From NCBI RefSeq assembly GCF_018336915.1, contig NZ_CP064924.1, positions 60,001-92,000 on the forward strand: DNA of 32,000 nt, read 5' to 3'. The first letter of the stretch is position 1. Each line of letters starts with the position of its first letter. Shown piece after piece: positions 8,978 through 16,239 of this stretch. The DNA comes from Acaryochloris marina S15. Lineage in GTDB: Bacteria > Cyanobacteriota > Cyanobacteriia > Thermosynechococcales > Thermosynechococcaceae. A program made the position numbers and the translations under genes. A model generated the notes under the pieces. That model was not told the origin of the DNA and searched no databases. It saw nothing but the letters and a program-made list of their open reading frames with translations.

Positions 8978-9120
8978 AATTGAACCTTTGAATATTATTT
9001 ATTGCACCTTTGATCTAGCAGCTATCAGGATGTTTTAGGATAATGCGTTTACCCCTTCTAGACTCCAATTCGCGAAAGGCCAAAAATCAAGATAGCTGAG
9101 CGTAGAGTCATTACCTCTAG

Positions 9121-9699
9121 CTAGGGTGATACCTTCGGCTGAGCTGAAGATTCAGGTTCAGAAGAAGACGGCTGAGACTGAATCTCTGGTGTTGGGTTGG
9201 ACTGACGGTTCCGAATATCTGAACTGCCATTAGAACCATTAAGGTTCTGAATATCCGTGGATAAACGCTTGACTTGTTGAACCACTTTTTGAAGCTGTTC
9301 TTGGTTATTCTGAACTTCTTCTGTCAAAGTGGATGAATCAAATTTCTTCAAGGACTTAACATCCTGCTCCAGAGCTTCAATTCTGGGCTCAATCACAGTT
9401 TCAGACAGGTCTGCATTGATATTGGATGTTTGGGGCTCCTGTTCAAAGGACAGTACACGAATAGCTAACCAGGCTGACACACCACCTAAGATCATTACAA
9501 AAGCAATCAGCATGCCGATGATAAAATTTGACCGACTTCGTAACCGCTCTGTCTCGATTTGAACTCCCGTCAGATCATTTTGTACACTCCGTTTCAAATC
9601 CTGAGAAATTTGAGCAAGGGATTCATGAGTTAGGAGGTTTGGATTTCCTTGGGGGATATTGCCCGGTTGAGGAGCTTGTGGTTCTGAAAAATTAGTCAT
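9121..9699 (-). CDS. Single-TM coiled-coil protein with an S/P-rich tail (paralog of 3637..4377)
   Basis: The 192-aa ORF has one TM segment (FIIGMLIAFVMILGGVSAWLAI). Its coiled segment IEPRIEALEQDVKSLKK parallels IEPQINAS...LISELKSLQEK in 3637..4377. The tail reads QSQPSSSEPESSAQPKVSP. Confidence 0.55.
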   Translation of the reverse strand: MTNFSEPQAPQPGNIPQGNPNLLTHESLAQISQDLKRSVQNDLTGVQIETERLRSRSNFIIGMLIAFVMILGGVSAWLAIRVLSFEQEPQTSNINADLSETVIEPRIEALEQDVKSLKKFDSSTLTEEVQNNQEQLQKVVQQVKRLSTDIQNLNGSNGSSDIRNRQSNPTPEIQSQPSSSEPESSAQPKVSP

Positions 9700-9734
9700 G
9701 GTGTTAATTCTCCATACTGAAGATGAGTTGGAAA

Positions 9735-10397
9735 TCAGTTTGCAATCAGATTTGTAGTTTTAGGTCGTAAAGATGTGTCAGCACGGTTGAACTGATTAGC
9801 ATCGAAATTTAGATCTAGATGAAGATTGTGCAAAAAAAGACTCATGTTTGATTCAACGGGTGAAGTTGCAAAGCCGACTGTTACTGGAAGACGATCTTGC
9901 CTGGATTTTCGTGGATCAACGGTCAGCTCAATCAAGAATCTATCCCCCTTATAGATCAGTTCAGCTGCAGAGAAGTCCAACAATTCAGGGAAATACTTCT
10001 GATGTTCTGAGACTACGCACTGATACTGGAGAATTTCACCTGTATTAGCCTCAAAGTAATAGTCGATAAGGGTACCTAGTCGACTACCAGAGTGGGTCCA
10101 GACTTCATTGCCTAATTGGTAATGAATAGATGATTTGGGCTGGAAAATCAGTGCTGTACTTTCAGAGACATCTAACCAAGCCCTTTCAGGACTTACCGCT
10201 ACCACCTGTTCCCAGGGCAGAGATCCTTGCTCATCTTTATTCAATAACGTTTTATACGTTAACCCTAAGACTTGGTGCAGTTGCTTATCCAGCCAGATTT
10301 GATGCACTGTTCCCAAGAGTTGCCCCGTATGACAATCCCATACTGGACAATCAATGAGTTGGCTGAATTGGATGAGGGGATAGGTAGAAAGGCGCAT
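9735..10397 (-). CDS. Double PRC-barrel-like domain protein
   Basis: The 220-aa ORF shares two repeat signatures with 19198.., 21265.. and 22125..: LGTVHQIWLDKQLHQVLGL, and GNEVWTHSGSRLGTLIDYYFEANTGEILQY. Confidence 0.55.
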   Translation of the reverse strand: MRLSTYPLIQFSQLIDCPVWDCHTGQLLGTVHQIWLDKQLHQVLGLTYKTLLNKDEQGSLPWEQVVAVSPERAWLDVSESTALIFQPKSSIHYQLGNEVWTHSGSRLGTLIDYYFEANTGEILQYQCVVSEHQKYFPELLDFSAAELIYKGDRFLIELTVDPRKSRQDRLPVTVGFATSPVESNMSLFLHNLHLDLNFDANQFNRADTSLRPKTTNLIAN

Positions 10398-10460
10398 GGT
10401 TATTCACTGGGTAAATAGGATGGTTATGATGCCAAGTTTGGCTCGATCAACAGTCGATCA

Positions 10461-11078
10461 TTACTCAACGCTGCTGAAATTCTGAGCTGTAATAGGTGAC
10501 GCGGTGGGTAAGGAAGAAGGAGAGTTTCTAGATAAAACAGTATGACTAGCGATCAAGAGGCTTCCTGTGATGCTCAAAGCTCCACAAAGCAAGCCTGTTC
10601 GCCACCGCAGTTGGGATCTGAGATTTTGGACTTCCATTGAGCATTGATCCGGTACAAGGCTAGCTGAAGGGACGACTGTAACCTCTAGGGCTGATTGGCC
10701 AGCTGCCTGGGTTGTGGACTGGAACATGACTTGTTCATGTAGCCAATCTGTAATTAATTGTGGGCAATGATGCTGGAACCATCGGAAACCGACAAACCTA
10801 AAGATAGGCTTAGATTGAGTTGCAACCGCTCTGCTAATCCGATTGAGTGATCTTATGGTCACTTTTTGATTGATGAGGTTGGTTGAACCGATGTCATACA
10901 GCCGATCCAAGATCAACTTAACCGTGGTAGATTCATGCCGCATAAGCTGTTCTAGCAACAATGATATTTCATCTACTGATTGTTGCTCTGCTGGGTTAAC
11001 TTGATTCAGCGAGTTTGCTGCAGTAGTGGGAGATTCAGTGGGGGTAAAGCGTTTCAACATCAGTTTGAAATAACGCAA
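10461..11078 (-). CDS. Hypothetical protein with a C-terminal TM anchor
   Basis: The 205-aa ORF has no competing ORF and one hydrophobic segment near the C-terminus (LLCGALSITGSLLIA). I recognised no family. Confidence 0.5.
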   Translation of the reverse strand: MRYFKLMLKRFTPTESPTTAANSLNQVNPAEQQSVDEISLLLEQLMRHESTTVKLILDRLYDIGSTNLINQKVTIRSLNRISRAVATQSKPIFRFVGFRWFQHHCPQLITDWLHEQVMFQSTTQAAGQSALEVTVVPSASLVPDQCSMEVQNLRSQLRWRTGLLCGALSITGSLLIASHTVLSRNSPSSLPTASPITAQNFSSVE

Positions 11079-11145
11079 TAACCTTATTTAATGCTGAATC
11101 TTTCCCCTTGAAATCGACCATATGTCTAAAAATATGGATTTACTT

Positions 11146-11173
11146 CATCCATAAGGACTAGTCCATAGAGATG
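11146..11173. promoter_or_regulatory. Copy D of the 28-bp motif (CATCC-ATAA-GGACTAGTCC-ATAG-AGATG), the most complete palindrome
   Basis: It departs from the CATCC-N4-GGACTAGTCC-N4-GGATG consensus at only one position. It lies about 80 nt upstream of the start of 10461..11078. An extra GGACGAGT lies at 11179-11186. Confidence 0.35.
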
Positions 11174-11269
11174 TTGACGGACGAGTAACTATGTACGAAG
11201 GTATGGAGGCACAAATCAAGATAAATCAACACTTTCAATACTCATCACACAAGATGATGAGCTTATTTA

Positions 11270-12612
11270 TTATCTAGAAAATGTGCGTGAAGACTCCAAC
11301 TATACGAATGTTAGTTGGAGATGTGTATAGCACTCCATTCCAAGCATATTGTTATGCCGAACATGCTAGTTTAATAGTATGATTGTACTAGAGTTTAAAG
11401 CAAGAACCAGTCAGCATCAAACAAGTGCGATTGATGAAGCCATCAGGACAGCTCAATTCATTCGTAATAAGTGCTTGCGCTTTTGGATGGATAACAAAGG
11501 TACAGGCAAATACGACTTAAACAAGTTTTGTAGAGTTCTTGCTAATGATTTTCCTTTTGCTAAGCAACTCAACTCAATGGCTCGGCAGGCAAGTGCTGAA
11601 AGAGCTTGGAGTTCAATCAGTCGCTTCTATGAGAATTGCAAACAGGGTATAAAGCCCGTTGGCTTTCCAAGGTTTAAGAAGCATTCTCGGTCAGTGGAAT
11701 ACAAAACCTCTGGGTGGAAGCTTCTGAGTCCTAAAAAGATTAAATTCACTGACGGTTTTAATATTGGTGAGCTGCGTTTAATCGGGACTTATGACTTAGC
11801 AAGCTATGACGAGAGTCAAATCAAGCGAGTCAGGTTAGTTCGTAGAGCAGATGGCTACTATGTGCAATTCTGCATCAGCGTTGATGTCAAAATTGAGCTA
11901 GAACCCACCGGCAACACCATTGGCTTAGATGTGGGCTTAGAGTCCTTCTACACCGATAGCAACGGCTACAAAGAACCTCCTGAAAAGTTTTATCGCAGTT
12001 CTCAAAAGAAACGTCATCGGTTACAAAAACGATTGAGCAGGACTCAAAAAAGTTCAGCGAATCGGCATAAAGCTATTCATCGCCTAGCCAGACATGAATT
12101 AAAAGTCTCACGGCAGCGTAAAGAAAGGGCTAAGAGACTGGCCCTTTGCGTGATCCAATCTAACGATTTGGTTGTTTATGAGAACTTGAGGATTCGCAAT
12201 ATGGTGAAGAACCACTGTCTGGCTCAGTCGATCCATGATGCAGGCTGGTATCAGTTCAGACAGTGGCTGGAGTACTTTGGGAAAAAGTATGGCAAGGTCA
12301 CCGTGGCTGTGGAACCTGCATACACCTCTCAAGAATGTTCTGATTGTGGTGTACTCGTTAAAAAGTCTTTGTCTACTCGAACTCATGTTTGTGCATGTGG
12401 CTGCAAGTTAGACAGGGATGAGAATGCAGCCATCAATATCTTGAGAAAAGGAATCGCTACCACAGGGCATGTGGGAAGCGGGCTACTCGATAGTCAAAAC
12501 GCTTCTGGAGATGAGGCCGCTACTGTGTTGAACTCAGGTTTAATGCAGCAAGTCACGTCGCTGAAAGAAGAATCTCCTGCTATACCCGTAGGGTTAGCGG
12601 GATGAGTGTCAA
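11270..12612 (+). mobile_element. IS200/IS605-family TnpB-only element, copy 1 (no tnpA)
   Basis: This 1343-bp segment is 100% identical to 19736..21078 (offset 8466). The sequences diverge immediately outside both ends. The left end starts TTATCTAG and has an 8-bp-stem hairpin (ctccaact-11 nt-agttggag, 11294-11320). The right end finishes GAGTGTCAA, 7 nt after the tnpB stop. Confidence 0.9.
11379..12605 (+). CDS. tnpB: TnpB (OrfB) RNA-guided nuclease of an IS200/IS605-family element
   Basis: The 408-aa ORF has the RuvC-like triad context (IGLDVGLES, VVYENLRIRNM, CKLDRDENAAINI) and a zinc finger (CSDCG...CACGC). All of these appear intact. Confidence 0.9.
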   Translation: MIVLEFKARTSQHQTSAIDEAIRTAQFIRNKCLRFWMDNKGTGKYDLNKFCRVLANDFPFAKQLNSMARQASAERAWSSISRFYENCKQGIKPVGFPRFKKHSRSVEYKTSGWKLLSPKKIKFTDGFNIGELRLIGTYDLASYDESQIKRVRLVRRADGYYVQFCISVDVKIELEPTGNTIGLDVGLESFYTDSNGYKEPPEKFYRSSQKKRHRLQKRLSRTQKSSANRHKAIHRLARHELKVSRQRKERAKRLALCVIQSNDLVVYENLRIRNMVKNHCLAQSIHDAGWYQFRQWLEYFGKKYGKVTVAVEPAYTSQECSDCGVLVKKSLSTRTHVCACGCKLDRDENAAINILRKGIATTGHVGSGLLDSQNASGDEAATVLNSGLMQQVTSLKEESPAIPVGLAG

Positions 12613-12628
12613 TCAATTCAATTTCACT
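12440..12628 (+). ncRNA. Predicted omega-RNA (reRNA) of copy 1, with its scaffold overlapping the tnpB 3' end and a guide read from the flank
   Basis: This is inferred from the known TnpB architecture and was not observed directly. The element ends 7 nt past the stop codon, so the scaffold must overlap the CDS. A short subterminal hairpin lies at 12585-12601. The candidate guide is tcaattcaatttcact (12613-12628). The 5' boundary is a guess. Confidence 0.35.
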
Positions 12629-12760
12629 TAATTGAATAAAGGGTAGATCTGAATAACTTATATTGATCAATATGCTTCATCTCACAAACGGCTAACTGTT
12701 TAGGGAAGAAACCCTTGTCAAGGCCATCACAAAAGAGTTTATAATCTCGGAGAATATCTG

Positions 12761-13219
12761 ATGACTGCTTCTTCGTCTCAAGTGATATTACCTATCATTG
12801 GCTGGCGCGAATGGGTATCGTTTCCAGAACTAGGAATTCCACAAGTCAAAGCCAAAATCGATACGGGGGCTCGTTCATCCGCTTTACATGCATTTGAAAT
12901 AGAGCGATTTCAACAGAACGGTAAATCAATGCTACGGTTCAAAATTCATCCTATTCAAAAAGATGAAACCACAATTGTTACAGTTATTGCTGAGCTGTTA
13001 GAAGTAAGACAAGTCCGTGATTCCGGAGGGCATACTGAATTGCGTCCAGTCATTCTCACGGAAGTCGCTCTCTCCAATTACTCCTGGAAAGTAGAGGTCA
13101 CCCTGACTGATCGCAGCTCTATGGGGTTTCGGATGTTGTTGGGGCGGCAGGCTGTTCGTCAGCGTTTTGTCATTGATGTGGGGCAGTCCTATATCCAAAA
13201 TTCAGCCCCTGAAAATTGA
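12761..13219 (+). CDS. Retropepsin-like protease of the family annotated as putative ATP-dependent zinc protease (RimB-like)
   Basis: The 152-aa ORF has [32 protein letters not shown], with DTGA as the aspartic-protease signature. It lies immediately upstream of rimK, as in rimB-rimK arrangements. Confidence 0.7.
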   Translation: MTASSSQVILPIIGWREWVSFPELGIPQVKAKIDTGARSSALHAFEIERFQQNGKSMLRFKIHPIQKDETTIVTVIAELLEVRQVRDSGGHTELRPVILTEVALSNYSWKVEVTLTDRSSMGFRMLLGRQAVRQRFVIDVGQSYIQNSAPEN

Positions 13220-13235
13220 TGTATTCAGAATAACT

Positions 13236-14141
13236 ATGAAAATTGCTATCCTCTCCCAGCAGAAATCCCTCTATTCAACTCGGCGGCTTTTAGACGCGGG
13301 TGAAGCGAAGGGGCATGAAGTACATGTCATCAATTATCTGCGATGCTACATGAATATCACAGCTCATAAGCCTAAGGTTATCTATCAAGGAGATTCGCTG
13401 GAAGGCTACGATGCGATTATTCCTCGAATTGGGGCTTCTAAAACTTTTTACGGTACGGCTGTAGTCAGACAATTTGAAGTTATGGGGGTTTTCTCGGCCA
13501 ATGAATCCCAGGCAATCTCGCGATCTAGAGATAAACTTCGCTGTCTGCAAATTTTGTCACAAAAAGGGATTGGTCTACCAGTGACAGGATTTGCCAATTC
13601 CTCAAAAGATATTGACGGATTGATTGAAAGTGTCGGTGGGGCTCCATTAGTAATCAAGCTACTAGAAGGTACTCAGGGAATTGGAGTGGTTTTGACAGAG
13701 ACACATCAAGCGGCAAAGTCTGTCATTGAAGCGTTTCGGGGTCTGGATGCCAATATCTTGGTACAGGAATTTATCAAAGAAGCGGGGGGTATGGACATAC
13801 GGTGTTTTGTCGTGGGAGATCGGATCATCGCTGCTATGAAACGGCAAGGTGCTCCTGGTGAGTTCCGCTCCAATATCCATCGAGGCGGTAGTGCTACTCA
13901 AATCAAGCTAACACCAGAAGAACGAAGCACTGCAATTCGTGCTTCAAAAGCAATGGGTTTGCGGGTTGCTGGGGTTGATTTACTGCGTTCCAATCACGGC
14001 CCAGTCATCATGGAAGTTAATTCTTCTCCTGGTTTAGAAGGAATTGAAACGGCAACAGAGATCGATGTTGCAGGTAAGGTCATCGAATTTTTAGAAAAGA
14101 ATGCGGGACCAGGTAAGACCCGCGATCGCATTAAATATTAA
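13236..14141 (+). CDS. rimK: RimK, an ATP-grasp alpha-L-glutamate ligase (ribosomal protein S6 modification)
   Basis: The 301-aa product from [14 protein letters not shown] is strongly collinear with E. coli RimK ([48 protein letters not shown]). The ORF-track start at 13167 was rejected because it adds 23 non-homologous residues and overlaps the upstream gene. Confidence 0.9.
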   Translation: MKIAILSQQKSLYSTRRLLDAGEAKGHEVHVINYLRCYMNITAHKPKVIYQGDSLEGYDAIIPRIGASKTFYGTAVVRQFEVMGVFSANESQAISRSRDKLRCLQILSQKGIGLPVTGFANSSKDIDGLIESVGGAPLVIKLLEGTQGIGVVLTETHQAAKSVIEAFRGLDANILVQEFIKEAGGMDIRCFVVGDRIIAAMKRQGAPGEFRSNIHRGGSATQIKLTPEERSTAIRASKAMGLRVAGVDLLRSNHGPVIMEVNSSPGLEGIETATEIDVAGKVIEFLEKNAGPGKTRDRIKY

Positions 14142-14171
14142 CCTTCACAAATAGTACAAAAATAAAACTAT

Positions 14172-15131
14172 ATGACCCCCATCACCGTCGGTGGTATTAC
14201 AGTGGCCCCTGGCACTGAGCAACGCATCGAGTTGCCAATCGCTCGCCTTCCCACTCAGACCATGTTGTCCTTACCCGTTCATGTGATCAATGGTCATAGT
14301 GATGGTCCACACCTATGGCTCAGTGCAGCAATTCATGGGGATGAACTGAATGGCGTGGAAATTATTCGCCAAGTCTTGGAGCAGGTTAAGCCCAACAAGT
14401 TACAGGGAGCCTTGTTAGCCGTCCCCATTGTCAATATATTTGGCTTTATTGAGCAATCCCGGTACCTTCCCGATCGCCGGGATCTCAATCGGTCATTTCC
14501 AGGCTCTGCTAAAGGATCATTAGCTGGCCGGATAGCCCACCTATTTATGAAAGAAATAGTAAGCCATTGTAGCCATGGCATTGATCTTCATACTGCATCC
14601 AATCATCGGGTTAATTTGCCCCAAATTCGGGCCAATCTAGATGATTCAGAAACTTATCGATGTGCTCAGGCTTTTGGTGCACCTGCCATCATCCACGCCA
14701 ACACTCGGGATGGGTCTTTACGGCAAGCTGCTGCAAAGCAAGGTATTTCCGTTTTGCTATATGAGTCAGGAGAAGCCCTTCGATTTGACCAAGAGGCTAT
14801 CAAGGTCGGTGTTGAAGGAGTATTACAGGTGATGTCAGTGTTGAAGATGTTGGATTCCGACTCCACAAACACGCAGGGCACAACACCACAAGAGTCCCGA
14901 GATACCAAATGGGTCAGAGCCTCTCAAAGTGGAATTCTACATTTGCAGATAGAGTTGGGACAAGCAGTTAGCAAACGCCAAAAAATTGGCTATATTGCTG
15001 ATGCATTAGGTGATACTAACAAAAGGGTTCAGTCTCCCTGTGATGGGATGGTCATTGGCTTTACAAAAAACCCTTTAGTCAACCAAGGAGATGGGATCGT
15101 TCATATAGCCGCTGGCTCCTTTAGAAATTGA
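14172..15131 (+). CDS. Succinylglutamate desuccinylase/aspartoacylase-family (M14-like) zinc hydrolase
   Basis: The 319-aa ORF has AAIHGDELNG (zinc-binding H-x-x-E context) and IDLHTAS. It starts 30 nt downstream of rimK on the same strand. Confidence 0.7.
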   Translation: MTPITVGGITVAPGTEQRIELPIARLPTQTMLSLPVHVINGHSDGPHLWLSAAIHGDELNGVEIIRQVLEQVKPNKLQGALLAVPIVNIFGFIEQSRYLPDRRDLNRSFPGSAKGSLAGRIAHLFMKEIVSHCSHGIDLHTASNHRVNLPQIRANLDDSETYRCAQAFGAPAIIHANTRDGSLRQAAAKQGISVLLYESGEALRFDQEAIKVGVEGVLQVMSVLKMLDSDSTNTQGTTPQESRDTKWVRASQSGILHLQIELGQAVSKRQKIGYIADALGDTNKRVQSPCDGMVIGFTKNPLVNQGDGIVHIAAGSFRN

Positions 15132-15301
15132 ACCCAATAGCTGAAGGCCATCACCAATTGATTCAACTGGTTTGGGCAGTCTCCAATTCAAGCAGAATAA
15201 GCAACAGAATTTCTTAGCATGAATTTTACACTAGACCTCTAGTAAATTGGATTTGCGTATGGTATCGAGCCTGATGTTCTTCCTATTCAGTGTCATACCT
15301 G

Positions 15302-15424
15302 ATGAATTACAAAACAGCCCAAAAGCTGAGTGCAAAGGACTTCAAGCGATGAAGTGGAGTCTACTAGCAAACCTTCAAACGCATGCTCCACGCATGGCAC
15401 ACCCACGTCATTGATATACGACTT
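15302..15424 (+). pseudogene. Remnant of a DDE transposase N-terminus (HTH, IS4/IS5-superfamily-like) with in-frame stops
   Basis: The region translates as MNYKTAQKLSAKDFKR*SGVY*QTFKRMLHAW. This matches the KDFKRLxGV..xTFxxM pattern of many IS transposase N-termini. Only about 40 codons remain. Confidence 0.4.
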
Positions 15425-15442
15425 AATATCCCTTCATCTATC

Positions 15443-15688
15443 TCAAATAAATAGCTGAGTGCAAGGAAAGCGATCGCTAAGCATTGCACTCATGGGGCTA
15501 CCTGTATAAACTTCGATCTGGGCAGTTGGTGGAGTCTCAAAGAGGAGTTGTTGACCAGGAAAGACAGCCCGCTCAAAATAAAAGTAAGGAATATTGACAA
15601 TCCGTAAAACCTGAAAGTGAGCGGTTTGGTTGACGTAGCAACAACAGCGTTGTGCCAAAGTAGTTGGGCGCTTCTCAACAGCAAGCAT
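15443..15688 (-). CDS. DUF1830-like small cyanobacterial protein
   Basis: The 81-aa ORF has CCCYVNQTAHFQVLRIVNIPYFYFERAVFPGQQLLFETP...IEVYTG, which resembles that family as I recall it. Confidence 0.65.
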   Translation of the reverse strand: MLAVEKRPTTLAQRCCCYVNQTAHFQVLRIVNIPYFYFERAVFPGQQLLFETPPTAQIEVYTGSPMSAMLSDRFPCTQLFI

Positions 15689-15969
15689 TATTCGCTTATC
15701 CTTAAAGGTACCGAATCTCTTACAGCTGCGTTGGTGATGACTTGGTTCTCTTGGACTACCGAAGTATCCAGAGCGAGGGGATTTTCTATTTCTGGAGTTA
15801 TAGCCGACATTGCAGAATTTATCATCCCTAAATGACTGAGGCCAGAGACACCAAGAGGGCTAAAGCCAACCCTCGCTAAGGCTAAAAATGTTTGTTCTAA
15901 AGAGATAAATGGGTTCATCGCAACAAGATAACGCAGCCATAGTAAGAGGATACTCATTGAATGTTTCAT
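15688..15969 (-). CDS. Hypothetical protein, possibly coupled to the DUF1830-like gene
   Basis: The 93-aa ORF has a TAA that overlaps the downstream ATG (TAATG), which suggests coupling. I recognised no family, and the start is uncertain (alternative MNPFISLEQ). Confidence 0.3.
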   Translation of the reverse strand: MKHSMSILLLWLRYLVAMNPFISLEQTFLALARVGFSPLGVSGLSHLGMINSAMSAITPEIENPLALDTSVVQENQVITNAAVRDSVPLRISE

Positions 15970-16239
15970 ATCTGTGTCATCCAGATATCAATGATGCTGG
16001 AATTACCTTTGGTGGTTTGATATGCTCCCGTGACAGATTAGACATGGAGATGCCACAACAGCTCGATAAGCTTATTGATGATATCTTCCCGAGTGGGATT
16101 GGAGTTCACATTGCTAACAGTTTTATCCCTCTTATCTAATACAGCCACCATTGGTTTATTAGTGACAATGAGCCTTAACGTCATTACGCTGTTATTCCCG
16201 GTTCATTCCCATCCTGAACCAGATCACAAAGCTCATAAA

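Noticed and set aside
9000-9035. Possible sixth copy of the 28-bp motif upstream of the pentapeptide/mreB-like operon (cacct-N18-ggatg with a ctag core)
   Set aside because: The left arm is wrong (CACCT) and the CTAG centre is 2 nt off the dyad axis. It is too degenerate to count.
12108-12386. 92-aa antisense ORF inside tnpB (and its twin at 20574..20852)
   Set aside because: It is fully contained antisense to an intact, recognisable TnpB. It occurs twice only because the IS is duplicated.
13167-13235. The longer ORF-track start for rimK
   Set aside because: The 23 extra residues have no RimK homology and overlap the upstream gene. MKIAILS at 13236 matches the E. coli RimK N-terminus.
13290-14908. 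Minus-strand ORFs 13290..13550, 13448..13657, 13662..13901, 14333..14581 and 14666..14908, and plus-strand ORF 14641..14832
   Set aside because: All lie antisense or out of frame within the well-supported rimK and M14-like genes.
15318-15467. 12-mer agctgagtgcaa present both in the transposase remnant (15326-15337) and in the 3' end of the DUF1830 gene (15454-15465)
   Set aside because: I considered a target duplication or a second IS fragment. However, the DUF1830 C-terminus (SAMLSDRFPCTQLFI) looks native for that family, so the match is more likely chance or at most microhomology.
15909-16139. 76-aa plus-strand ORF between the hypothetical gene and mscS
   Set aside because: It has no recognisable motif and no ribosome-binding signal that I could see, and it overlaps the 5' end of 15688..15969. 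I left it unannotated.
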